Source: a virus
Lineage: Duplodnaviria > Heunggongvirae > Uroviricota > Caudoviricetes
Strand: one strand, 5' to 3'
DNA: 64,000 nucleotides
IMG/VR virus record: IMGVR_UViG_3300029923_000009
Below are positions 36,151 to 45,140 of the stretch, piece by piece. A program made the translations under genes and the position numbers. The number at the start of each line of letters is the position of its first letter. Positions within the stretch are counted from its first letter, which is position 1. Under the pieces are notes generated by a model. It searched no databases. It was not told the DNA's origin and saw nothing but the letters and a program-made list of their open reading frames with translations.

Positions 36151-37734
36151 ATGAAAAATTTAAATGTGAAACAAGACTTGAAAGAATTGGTTACGCAAAT
36201 TGACGTAACTCCAAATGTGAATTTTTTAACAACATTAAGAAATTCTGGTTATAATAATTATACGGCTATTGCTGATATAATTGATAACTCGTTAGATACA
36301 GATGTAAACTCTAAAAACGTTAAGGTTCAAATTAAGAGAACTAAAGATGATTACGAGTTTATTAAAATTTGTGATGATGGGTGTGGTATGAATATTGAAA
36401 CTCTTAATGAGGCCTTTAAGCTTGGTGCGTTAATGGGTAAAAATAAAGAATTTGATCTTGGTTCGTATGGGACTGGGTTAAAGGCAGCGGCTCTATCATT
36501 GGGTCGTAAATTTGTTGTTAAAACTAAAGCGTCAGATGACGATTTTTATATCGCTACATATGATTTGGATGTTATGATAATGACAAATACATTTGAAATT
36601 CCTGTTACAATAGGTAGTTGGGAAGAATATAGTGAATTTAAACGTGAGACTGGAAGTGATATAGGTACAGTTGTGATAGTATCTAAATTAGATAGAATAA
36701 CAAATGCTAATATTACTGTATTCAAGGACATATTAAAAGGTAAACTTGGATTGTTTTATAAGTACTTTATTGATGAATTAAATATTAATTTATTTGTTAA
36801 TAATGAATATATAAAAAGTGTTGATCCAATGCTTAGAAATGAACCATATACTACATGTCTAACATCGAATGAAAAATTTGAGTATAATGAGTCTGAATTT
36901 AGATTCAGCGTATTTAATATTGAGTTCGTTAGCCAATCACTTTCAAATGAAGTAAACCGAAGTTCAGCTTATTCTGGGTTGTATGTTTATAGAAACAATC
37001 GTTTAGTTGGGAGTAGCTTGGATTTAGGTATTGTTGGTAAGGTTGGTGATGGTCACTTAAATGGTCTTAGAATTGAACTATTTTGTAGTGGTGATAGTGA
37101 TAACTTATTTGGCTCAACCTTTAATAAGATTATACACGAAAAAGATAAAAATGAAATCGATCAAGGGTTCAGAGATGTATGTAAAGGTAAACTTCGTGGT
37201 TATATTAAGACAGTAAAAAACAACGAAGATTCTAAAACAACCAACGAAAAGATTAGCGATGATGTTAAAAGTGAAATGGCTGAAATAGTCAAATCAATTA
37301 ACCAAAATCCATTTATTGGAATAAAAAAGGAACGTGGGAAAAATGAGCAACATAAAGATATTATTCCAGCAACAACAGAAAAAGAAAAGAAGGAACCAGT
37401 TGACGATAGGATAAAAAACAAACTTGCTCCTCGAAAAAGAGAAGATAAATTTGCTGATTATCGGTTTACTAAGCTTGGTGAAAATGGGTTAATCTTTAAA
37501 TCGGTTAAGGAACACGGACTATATATTATAGAGATAAATCAAGAGCATCCATTTTGGATTAGATTTTTAAATAATGCAACTCTCCAAACGAAAGATGTAA
37601 TTATTAAAATGTTATTTTCGTTAGGTGTATCTTTAGAAGAAACCGAATATTATAATAACCCTGAAAAGGAAGACTTATTGAATGAGTATTTTATTAAAGT
37701 AAGTGAACGACTAAGGAAGTTTATTATATATTAA
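36151..37734 (+). CDS. GHKL-superfamily ATPase, HATPase_c_3 (MORC/MutL-like) type (527 aa)
   Basis: Bergerat-fold motifs: N box IADIIDNSLD, G1 box DDGCGM, G2 box GSYGTGLKAAALSLG; long Lys/Glu-rich C-terminal extension; monocistronic between a 250-nt gap and terminator 37768-37805. Confidence 0.75.
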   Translation: MKNLNVKQDLKELVTQIDVTPNVNFLTTLRNSGYNNYTAIADIIDNSLDTDVNSKNVKVQIKRTKDDYEFIKICDDGCGMNIETLNEAFKLGALMGKNKEFDLGSYGTGLKAAALSLGRKFVVKTKASDDDFYIATYDLDVMIMTNTFEIPVTIGSWEEYSEFKRETGSDIGTVVIVSKLDRITNANITVFKDILKGKLGLFYKYFIDELNINLFVNNEYIKSVDPMLRNEPYTTCLTSNEKFEYNESEFRFSVFNIEFVSQSLSNEVNRSSAYSGLYVYRNNRLVGSSLDLGIVGKVGDGHLNGLRIELFCSGDSDNLFGSTFNKIIHEKDKNEIDQGFRDVCKGKLRGYIKTVKNNEDSKTTNEKISDDVKSEMAEIVKSINQNPFIGIKKERGKNEQHKDIIPATTEKEKKEPVDDRIKNKLAPRKREDKFADYRFTKLGENGLIFKSVKEHGLYIIEINQEHPFWIRFLNNATLQTKDVIIKMLFSLGVSLEETEYYNNPEKEDLLNEYFIKVSERLRKFIIY

Positions 37735-37767
37735 TTAGATTAATGTAGTTTTTCAATTATTACTAAT

Positions 37768-37805
37768 AAAAAAACCCATAAGCTAAATACTTGTGGGTTT
37801 TTTAT
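37768..37805 (+). terminator. rho-independent terminator
   Basis: AAAAACCCATAAG ... CTTGTGGGTTTTTT. Confidence 0.55.
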
Positions 37806-37845
37806 TAAAATTTGTTAACCAACTTGTTTATTACTATTTTTATTA

Positions 37846-37863
37846 GTACATTTGTATCGAATT
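37846..37863 (+). promoter_or_regulatory. class-II promoter GTACATTTGTATCGAATT
   Basis: Identical 18-mer also at 41270; TTTGTTAACC lies about 21 nt upstream (the -33 TTTG). Confidence 0.55.
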
Positions 37864-37888
37864 AAAAACAAACTTAAAACTAAATTAT

Positions 37889-38290
37889 ATGGAACAACAA
37901 TTAATTGATAAAATAAATAAATTATGCCCAGAAAATCAGGGTATTTTTATTGAACCATTCGGTTGCGATGGAATAAATGAACCATTAATTTATATTCGGT
38001 GGGTTACTGGTGGGATTGGCGGTGGAGGCTATCACGAAGACGATTATCAACGACGATATGATGGCAACGGTAAACCACAATTTGAAGTATTAAATTTGGT
38101 TTTAAAAGAACTGAAACAAAATATAACGTTCTCACAATTTAAAGAAATTGAAGAATTAATCATATCAACAGAGAAAGATGAATTTCCTGACTACTATGGT
38201 AACTTCGAAGAGTATGGAATTGAATATATTAAATTAAGCCAATTAGAAGCACAAATTAATTATTTTAAAACAATTGAAAATTATGACTGA
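37889..38290 (+). CDS. hypothetical Gly-rich protein (133 aa)
   Basis: ATG ORF; class-II promoter 37846-37863; contains GGIGGGGYHEDDY. Confidence 0.5.
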   Translation: MEQQLIDKINKLCPENQGIFIEPFGCDGINEPLIYIRWVTGGIGGGGYHEDDYQRRYDGNGKPQFEVLNLVLKELKQNITFSQFKEIEELIISTEKDEFPDYYGNFEEYGIEYIKLSQLEAQINYFKTIENYD

Positions 38291-39107
38291 AGTTGAAAAA
38301 ATACATAATGAAATTGATACAGCCCAAGATCGTTTACTCAATCAGGCTATGTTATTAATTTCAATGAATGATGTTTCTCAAGAACTTAAAAGCAAAGCTG
38401 ATAGACTTCTAAAAATTGGGTTTACAAGTAACCCATTGATTAAAGATGTTTTGAATAAAACAAATAGTTTGGTAAAAACAACCGAACAAGCAAATACTAT
38501 TTCTCATTATAAAACCGAGTACCCAGGATTAAAGTTTTTAACCGAAACAGAATTTGATAGGATTTGTGATAAATACAAATTGATTTATGCACCTGTAGCT
38601 AATTATATTAAAGATATACCTGAGGTTAATTTGAAAGAAATTGAAACAGTAATAGAGTTGAACCCAAGCGACTATTTTGTTAATGTAATACAAATAAAGG
38701 TTCGTATAGACAATGAATGTATATCCTATTTAACAGATGAGGAGAAAGAGTTAATATATGTTAAAGGGTTTTATATTAATAATAAAGATTTAATTGGTTC
38801 TGGTTCTGGGATGTATGGTTATAGTCCAGATATAATTGTTTCTAAATTATTGGGTAGATCAATATTGTTTCAATTTAGTACTATTCACTGTGATATTATA
38901 GCTAGGGTAGAAAAGTCTGGTTTATTTATAGCTGCACCAAAGTCACATTTCAATTTGAATGGATTGGAAAAACAAGGAAAAGGATTTTTTAAAATCTTTA
39001 AAATAGAGCCAAAAGACCCGATTGTTTTTCGATATGTTAATGGTGGAATTCAAGTTATTACCAAATGGGGAAATGAAGCTAATGATCCGAATTTAATAAT
39101 ATTTTAA
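38283..39107 (+). CDS. hypothetical protein (274 aa)
   Basis: Track start 38274 is TTG; ATG 38283 overlaps the upstream stop (ATGACTGA). Confidence 0.55.
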   Translation: MTEVEKIHNEIDTAQDRLLNQAMLLISMNDVSQELKSKADRLLKIGFTSNPLIKDVLNKTNSLVKTTEQANTISHYKTEYPGLKFLTETEFDRICDKYKLIYAPVANYIKDIPEVNLKEIETVIELNPSDYFVNVIQIKVRIDNECISYLTDEEKELIYVKGFYINNKDLIGSGSGMYGYSPDIIVSKLLGRSILFQFSTIHCDIIARVEKSGLFIAAPKSHFNLNGLEKQGKGFFKIFKIEPKDPIVFRYVNGGIQVITKWGNEANDPNLIIF

Positions 39108-39133
39108 ACAATTGAAAACATAATATTAATAAT

Positions 39134-39457
39134 ATGAAAATACTAAGAATCTCAATTAGTTTAAATAAGGCTGGATTTACAACGGATATAGTGGAATATG
39201 ATGCTTCAGAAAAAAAGCTAATATATGTACTCACCAGATGTTCAGTTGATGGTGATACTGTAATTAGAAAAATACCCAAAGGTGAATTGACTGTTTTAAG
39301 ATCACATATGCATCACACAACTAATTTCATAGAGTACAATACCTATGCATTTCCAGAAGATGTTGATACAACCAAAGATAGATTAACAAAAGCAATTGTG
39401 GAAGTAGCTAAAAATTTTGAACAAGATCTAAACCAGTTACTTAAACACATTAAATAA
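39134..39457 (+). CDS. hypothetical protein (107 aa)
   Basis: ATG ORF. Confidence 0.5.
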   Translation: MKILRISISLNKAGFTTDIVEYDASEKKLIYVLTRCSVDGDTVIRKIPKGELTVLRSHMHHTTNFIEYNTYAFPEDVDTTKDRLTKAIVEVAKNFEQDLNQLLKHIK

Positions 39458-39468
39458 AAACCAATATA

Positions 39469-39669
39469 ATGAAAAAATTTATCACTAACACTTTTATACC
39501 GTATTTTATTTTTTTTATTGTGTGTCTATTAATTGTTCATTTTGGTGTTGGTGAAGTACTTAATATAAAATCGGAAATTTTTGTTGCAACGATTATCGCA
39601 ATGTTTTTAAACATACTCTTCGATATTTCTGAATCAATTGATAATATAAATAAAAAATTAACTAAATAA
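39469..39669 (+). CDS. small membrane protein (66 aa)
   Basis: two TM helices. Confidence 0.45.
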   Translation: MKKFITNTFIPYFIFFIVCLLIVHFGVGEVLNIKSEIFVATIIAMFLNILFDISESIDNINKKLTK

Positions 39670-39680
39670 ATCTATAAAAT

Positions 39681-40097
39681 ATGGCTTGGCAGTTCTACGC
39701 AATTATATTCGTTACGTTTTTGGGTATATCACATTTAGTTATTAATTTGGGTATTAATAAAATCAATCAACTAAAAACCTACTTTATTAAACATAAAATT
39801 CCGCTAATATTTGATGAAATATGGGTGAAAGATGACCTACTTAAAATTAAATATATTAATATCTCGGATCAAAAAATAGTCGGATTTAATATGATTATTG
39901 AAATAGAAAAAAAAGATGGCGAAAAGGAATTAATCGATTACTATGTTGATAAACTAGAATCACCAATAAAAATGTTTATTAATAAGACATTTACATTATA
40001 CGTTCCTATAAGTGAAAATGAAAAAATAATAAACACTTATACTACTAAGGTACTGTTTTTAGATGGTAGTTTTTGGAAACTTAAAAAAATAAAATAA
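39681..40097 (+). CDS. membrane-anchored protein (138 aa)
   Basis: N-terminal TM helix. Confidence 0.5.
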   Translation: MAWQFYAIIFVTFLGISHLVINLGINKINQLKTYFIKHKIPLIFDEIWVKDDLLKIKYINISDQKIVGFNMIIEIEKKDGEKELIDYYVDKLESPIKMFINKTFTLYVPISENEKIINTYTTKVLFLDGSFWKLKKIK

Positions 40098-40098
40098 T

Positions 40099-40323
40099 AT
40101 GAAAGAAAATAACGAAATTGAAATTGTTAAGGCTTTGGGTGAAACAATTGGCTATGGACATATGATGGTATTGGCATCTGCATTGTGGAGAGAGAGTTTA
40201 AAAGAGAAAAACTACCCAACATCTGGTGCATTTATTGGTGTCTGTATGTCTTCGGTGTATAAAAAATATCGAAATGAAATTGAAAATGAAAATAAATTTT
40301 ACGATAAATATATAACAAAATAA
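40099..40323 (+). CDS. hypothetical protein (74 aa)
   Basis: ATG ORF 1 nt after the upstream stop. Confidence 0.45.
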   Translation: MKENNEIEIVKALGETIGYGHMMVLASALWRESLKEKNYPTSGAFIGVCMSSVYKKYRNEIENENKFYDKYITK

Positions 40324-40329
40324 ACTTAT

Positions 40330-40887
40330 ATGGAATTAAATGAGTTTGGTAGTAAAATCAAGGGTCTTATGGGCTTAAAAGAAAATAAACAAGTAAATGG
40401 TTTTGGTTGTGTGATGTTGTATGTCTACTTTCCAGAATTTAAAGAGTTACAATCTAAAATTGATGAGAAGGATTTATATAATGATGATACAAAGTCATAT
40501 GGTTTTGAAAAATCGGAACATATTACCCTTTTATATGGTCTCCACGAAGAAGTTAAAGATCAACAAGTTAAAGATATTATGAGTAAATTTGATTTTGAAG
40601 ATGTAGAAATTAAAAATGTTTCTTTATTTAAAAATGAAACATTCGAAGTACTAAAATTTGAAGTTTATAAAGAAAAGTATTTATCTAAATGTAATAAGGA
40701 ACTTTCAAAATTACCTAATACAAACGAATATAAAATATTTAATCCTCATTTAACACTGGCGTATTTAAAATTAGGTGAAGGTGATAAATATATTGAAATG
40801 TTTAAAGACCTGAAATATGAATTACAACCAACAAAAATAGTATATTCAAAAATAGATGGTTCGGAATTAAAAATAAAAATTGATTAA
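40330..40887 (+). CDS. 2H-superfamily phosphoesterase (LigT/ThpR- or Acb1-like) (185 aa)
   Basis: Two H-x-T-x motifs (EHITLLYGL and NPHLTLAYL) about 90 residues apart; ~185 aa, the typical size for 2',3'-cyclic phosphodiesterase / 2'-5' RNA ligase family. Confidence 0.65.
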   Translation: MELNEFGSKIKGLMGLKENKQVNGFGCVMLYVYFPEFKELQSKIDEKDLYNDDTKSYGFEKSEHITLLYGLHEEVKDQQVKDIMSKFDFEDVEIKNVSLFKNETFEVLKFEVYKEKYLSKCNKELSKLPNTNEYKIFNPHLTLAYLKLGEGDKYIEMFKDLKYELQPTKIVYSKIDGSELKIKID

Positions 40888-40889
40888 TC

Positions 40890-41081
40890 ATGACAAATAA
40901 AGAATTTTACACCCATACTGGTTTTAACTTTGATGATGTAATTGAAATGTTGAAAAGTGACTCAGTATATACTGTTTTACGTTATGGTTATAAAAACCCA
41001 TCAGATAGTGGTGCTGATGAATGTGATGATTGTAAAAACATTTCACTATATGGTATTTCTCAATTATTACGTTCTATGTGA
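40890..41081 (+). CDS. hypothetical protein (63 aa)
   Basis: ATG ORF; contains CDDC. Confidence 0.45.
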   Translation: MTNKEFYTHTGFNFDDVIEMLKSDSVYTVLRYGYKNPSDSGADECDDCKNISLYGISQLLRSM

Positions 41082-41212
41082 ACTAAACCACCACCAAGCC
41101 GACAGGCTGAAGGAAGGGTATGTTTTGCTTGGATATTAAAAAATACTAATATATTATGTGGTTAATTTGTATAATTATTGCTTTTTATTTTTACTTGGAA
41201 AATGAAGAGCCT

Positions 41213-41240
41213 AACATATATTAAATATTTAATATATGTT
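41213..41240. repeat. perfect 28-bp palindrome
   Basis: AACATATATTAAAT ATTTAATATATGTT; 30 nt upstream of class-II promoter 41270. Confidence 0.6.
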
Positions 41241-41269
41241 AAAGAAATTGTTAATCACATATATTAATC

Positions 41270-41287
41270 GTACATTTGTATCGAATT
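41270..41287 (+). promoter_or_regulatory. class-II promoter GTACATTTGTATCGAATT
   Basis: Identical 18-mer to 37846; ATTGTTAATC upstream; drives the 710-aa gene. Confidence 0.55.
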
Positions 41288-41371
41288 TTAAAACAGTTAT
41301 AAATAAAATTAAACAAGTCCAATTACGAATAAAGTAGTGTTGGAAAGAAAAAAAACAAAAAATTAAAAAAA

Positions 41372-43504
41372 ATGAAAGAACTAACTAATTTAATGCAAGC
41401 ACAATTTGATAAGATGTGCGCTACTGGTAAACTTTTTAGGAGTGAAGTTACTGGTCAAAAAGTTTGGGATGTATATCTTCAAGCTTTTAATCCAGAAGAT
41501 AATCCTATTTTTCGAGATCCAAATTCAACAGTTCATAACTGTAATTTCTGTAAAAATTTTGTTCGTAGGTATGGTAATATTGTTGCTATTGGTGATGATA
41601 ATGAAATTATGTCTATTTGGGGTGTTGATGCACCTGAAGAGTATAAAAATTCAGCAAACACATTAAATAATTTAATAGCAAATTCTAAAATAGTTGAGGT
41701 ATTCTTTGAAACATATAATGAATTAAACTCATTACCTTATGAAAAGAATTGTACTAAAACACAAGCTACATTTAAATTAGGTGTTGAAAAAAATACAAAA
41801 AGGTATACGAAAGAGGAGGCTGAAATGTTCGGTGTTGTAAAGCCAAATGAAGAAATAACTTTCGACCATTTCAATTTATCTATATCAAAACAATTCGTTG
41901 ATCAAACTGGTTCTTCAGTTGAAAGTATAATTGGTAATTATAGAGATTCAAAAAATGTTTTTCAACGTGGGATGGAAGAAATTTCATTAGATACATTGAT
42001 ACTTGTAAAAGATTTAATCAATCAGGAGTCACTACTTGATGGTAAAACTCATTTATTTAAGGTTGAAAAAATGATCACGTTTAAAACAGAATATGAGTCT
42101 AAATCTCAAAAAGAGAAAGATAATTATTGCTGGGTGGCTTCATATAATAATCAGCTTGCTAAGTTCCGTAACGAACTGATTGGTGTACTTTGTAGTGAAT
42201 TGTCTGAGGGTAAGGAACTTAACGAAGCTTGTAAATCTTGGAATAAACGTGTTGATCCAATTAATTATATGAAAACAACTACCCCTATTACCAAGAAACA
42301 AATTGAGGAGGCAAAATTATTTGTAGAGGAAAATGGATTTGTCGAATCTTTTGATAGAAGGTTTGCTACCATTGATGATATAAAGGCATCCGAAATACTT
42401 CACGTTAATATGGGGGATGGATCTATTAAAAATGTTTCAATATTCGATAATGTAAAATCTACTTCGACAAGACACAAGAGGAGTGAATTCGATGGTATTG
42501 ATGAAGTTACAATTGATAAGTTTATGTCTGATATTCTACCTAATTGTACCTCTGTGGAAGCCTTTTTGTTAAGTAAACATGAGGGTAATTTGGTTTCACT
42601 TACCACTTCAAACAAGTCTGAAAGTAAGCCTATTTTTAAATGGAATAATAACTACTCTTGGACTTTTAATGGTAATTTAGCAGGTAAATCTCAAATCAAA
42701 GAAGCTGTTAAAGGACGTGGTGGAAATGTGATTGGTGATGTTAGAATAAGTTTGGCATTCCCTCTAACTACTGATGACTACGATCTTCACGTACAAGATA
42801 CTGATGGAAACCATATTTATTATTCAAATGTAAGACAAAAACACAACTCTTCTGGAATGCTAGATTTAGATGCTCAAGGTGTAGACGGTGCTCAAACCCC
42901 AGAAAAAAGAGTAGAAAACATAATATTTACAGATAAATCAAAAATAAAAAATGGAAATATAAAAATTTGGGTTGAAAATTACTCACAAAGAGGATTAAGA
43001 GTTCCATTTGATATTGAAATTGAAATTGAGGGTGATATTACAACATTAACATATGATAGGAATCATTCAGGTAATAAAGCTGAGGTCGGTAATATTGTAG
43101 TTAAAAATGGTATGTTTGAATTACATCCTGATGCTTATATGACTTTAAAGGAAAGTACAAATTTATCAAAAGAAGTTTATGGGTTGGAAACAAATAATTT
43201 TCATAAGGTTAACTTAGTATGCCTTTCACCTAACCATTGGGGTGATAATAATGTTGGTAATAAGCACTATTTATTTATGTTAGATGGTTGTAAATGTCCA
43301 ACAGATATTAGAAGTTTTCATAATGAAAACCTATTACCTGAATTGGCTGAACATAGAAAAGTATTGGAGGTACTTGGTGCGACTAATATGATTAAGCCAA
43401 CAGATAAACAGCTATCAGGTCTTGGATTTAATGCCACTGTAAGGGATGAGATAGTAGTTAGACTACAAGGTTCATTTAAAAGAGTTATCAAAATTAAATT
43501 TTAA
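41372..43504 (+). CDS. large hypothetical protein (710 aa)
   Basis: Longest ORF in the window; class-II promoter 41270-41287; no motif recognised by eye. Confidence 0.7.
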   Translation: MKELTNLMQAQFDKMCATGKLFRSEVTGQKVWDVYLQAFNPEDNPIFRDPNSTVHNCNFCKNFVRRYGNIVAIGDDNEIMSIWGVDAPEEYKNSANTLNNLIANSKIVEVFFETYNELNSLPYEKNCTKTQATFKLGVEKNTKRYTKEEAEMFGVVKPNEEITFDHFNLSISKQFVDQTGSSVESIIGNYRDSKNVFQRGMEEISLDTLILVKDLINQESLLDGKTHLFKVEKMITFKTEYESKSQKEKDNYCWVASYNNQLAKFRNELIGVLCSELSEGKELNEACKSWNKRVDPINYMKTTTPITKKQIEEAKLFVEENGFVESFDRRFATIDDIKASEILHVNMGDGSIKNVSIFDNVKSTSTRHKRSEFDGIDEVTIDKFMSDILPNCTSVEAFLLSKHEGNLVSLTTSNKSESKPIFKWNNNYSWTFNGNLAGKSQIKEAVKGRGGNVIGDVRISLAFPLTTDDYDLHVQDTDGNHIYYSNVRQKHNSSGMLDLDAQGVDGAQTPEKRVENIIFTDKSKIKNGNIKIWVENYSQRGLRVPFDIEIEIEGDITTLTYDRNHSGNKAEVGNIVVKNGMFELHPDAYMTLKESTNLSKEVYGLETNNFHKVNLVCLSPNHWGDNNVGNKHYLFMLDGCKCPTDIRSFHNENLLPELAEHRKVLEVLGATNMIKPTDKQLSGLGFNATVRDEIVVRLQGSFKRVIKIKF

Positions 43505-43541
43505 AAATTATTAACTAACAAAATTAAAACAATTAATTATT

Positions 43542-43919
43542 ATGGAAATGTACAAAGAAGCTGCAAAGCTGGGATTACGAATTGTTACTGTTAAAGGCCC
43601 TTTGTCGGTAGAACAGTTGTTTGGAACAGATAAGGAAACTCTTATTTTAGCGGAAGAGAGTTTAACTGATCAAGTTGAAAAGCTTGGTAAGGTATCAAGA
43701 AGGTCTACTGGAGTTAGAGGTAAGAATGTTGAGCTTTTAAAATTGAAATTATCAATCGTTTCAGATGTGTTAGATACTATTGAAACGGAAGAAGAAACTG
43801 CAAGAACTGAAGCTGCCAAAAGGCTTAACAATAAGAAAATTATCGAGCTTATAGCTGCTAAAAAAGAACTTCAACTTGGAGAGAAGTCTATCGAAGAACT
43901 TGAATCGATGCTTCAATAG
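43542..43919 (+). CDS. coiled-coil hypothetical protein (125 aa)
   Basis: ATG ORF; Glu/Lys/Leu-rich heptad-like C-terminal half. Confidence 0.55.
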   Translation: MEMYKEAAKLGLRIVTVKGPLSVEQLFGTDKETLILAEESLTDQVEKLGKVSRRSTGVRGKNVELLKLKLSIVSDVLDTIETEEETARTEAAKRLNNKKIIELIAAKKELQLGEKSIEELESMLQ

Positions 43920-44113
43920 TGAAAAAATACTTATTTTACCCTGAAAAGTTAAACTAAAATAATTAACAATTTAAAAACTAATCTTAGTTGTTTCTGATAT
44001 GTTTTTAATACAAAAATTCGGGGTGAAATAAGTTGTAAAATAAATTGGTTGTATTGTTTGTAATTCAAATCATATTTTACACAACTTTTACTGTTTTTTT
44101 TACACAACCAATA

Positions 44114-44151
44114 AGAATTGCCAGTTTGTGAAAATCGGTAATTCTTTTTTT
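44114..44151 (+). terminator. terminator-like hairpin
   Basis: AGAATTGCC ... GGTAATTCT followed by TTTTTT. Confidence 0.45.
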
Positions 44152-44189
44152 AATCTATTATATAATAATTAGCTATTTAAAAAACAAAT

Positions 44190-44501
44190 ATGAAAGCAGA
44201 AGAATTAATTAAAGAGGATCTTATTTCGGTGGATAAATTATCATCTTATCTTTTACCAAAATATGATAATGGGATGATTGAAGATGTTATAACAATCGTT
44301 TTGTTTAGGGATAATCTACGTTATGAAAATAGAAAAACACTTATTAAAGAGCTATCTTTAAAACATTTCTCTTTTGATAATAACCCAAGTATATCACCTC
44401 TTAGAAAACCAATGAAAGCCGAATTGGTTATTTTTGTTGATAAAGATGGCAAAACAAAAATATTAAAAAGTCGTTGGGGAAACCTTGGTATTGTCAAATA
44501 A
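44190..44501 (+). CDS. hypothetical protein (103 aa)
   Basis: ATG ORF after terminator 44114-44151. Confidence 0.5.
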   Translation: MKAEELIKEDLISVDKLSSYLLPKYDNGMIEDVITIVLFRDNLRYENRKTLIKELSLKHFSFDNNPSISPLRKPMKAELVIFVDKDGKTKILKSRWGNLGIVK

Positions 44502-44561
44502 AAAATTAATAAACTAAATCTTTTTTATTTTTCTACACTATTTATATTAAAAATATTTATA

Positions 44562-45050
44562 ATGCTAATGGAAAATAAAACATTAATAAGTCTAAATGAG
44601 AGCCAACTTACTAATTTGGTTAAAAAAATTATAACAGAGTCTTTTGGTGAGTCTAAAACACAGGCTGCTATTAATTATATTGAATATATGCGAAGGTCGC
44701 TTACACGTATTTACGGTAGGTCTAATAGGGATTTAGTAAATCGTAATTTGGATAAATATATTAAGTTGATTGAGAAAAATAACTTACAAGATACTATTGA
44801 TATATTCGGAGATAAATATAAAAATTTTGACCCCAAAGAACTCGAAAAAAATAATGTACCTAAAGAAAGTTTACCGATAATAAATCGGCCAGATGATTGG
44901 AAACAGAAAGCGCAATCTGATTTTGATAAATACTATTCTGGTATAAAAAGGTCGAGTAACAAGTTAGCTAATGAACCATATTTTGAATCAAAATTAATTG
45001 AGTCAAATATAAATTATTTATTGATGGAATATATTAAAAAGGTAATCTGA
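44562..45050 (+). CDS. hypothetical protein (162 aa)
   Basis: ATG ORF; terminator 45075-45107 downstream. Confidence 0.55.
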   Translation: MLMENKTLISLNESQLTNLVKKIITESFGESKTQAAINYIEYMRRSLTRIYGRSNRDLVNRNLDKYIKLIEKNNLQDTIDIFGDKYKNFDPKELEKNNVPKESLPIINRPDDWKQKAQSDFDKYYSGIKRSSNKLANEPYFESKLIESNINYLLMEYIKKVI

Positions 45051-45074
45051 AATAAAACATTTAATGTTAAAATA

Positions 45075-45107
45075 CCCTAAGAAACTTGTTTTTTAGGGAT
45101 TTTTTTT
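45075..45107 (+). terminator. rho-independent terminator
   Basis: CCCTAAGAAACTTGTTTTTTAGGG followed by ATTTTTTTT. Confidence 0.55.
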
Positions 45108-45120
45108 GTACATTTGTTTT
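45108..45120 (+). promoter_or_regulatory. class-II promoter core GTACATTTGTTTT
   Basis: Directly after terminator 45075-45107. Confidence 0.45.
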
Positions 45121-45140
45121 GAAATAAAAAAATATGTAAA

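Noticed and set aside
36151-37734. Interpretation of the GHKL ATPase as a T4 gp39-like topoisomerase II ATPase subunit
   Set aside because: The G1 box reads DDGCGM (MutL/MORC style) rather than the GyrB-type DNGRGIP. No Toprim or DNA-cleavage partner (EGDSA-type motif) is present in the neighbouring genes.
31140-41331. The 10-mer AGTCCAATTA recurring at about 31140, 35953 and 41322 near promoters
   Set aside because: Repeated 10-mers are statistically expected in 64 kb of AT-rich DNA. The three copies sit at different positions relative to the promoter boxes, so there is no consistent architecture.
41406-41666. Alternative-frame + strand ORFs inside larger genes (41406-41666, 29549-29731, 54679-54864, 63644-63868, 599-781)
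   Set aside because: They are embedded out of frame in well-supported longer genes, have no promoter or coupling signals, and are hydrophobic or low-complexity.
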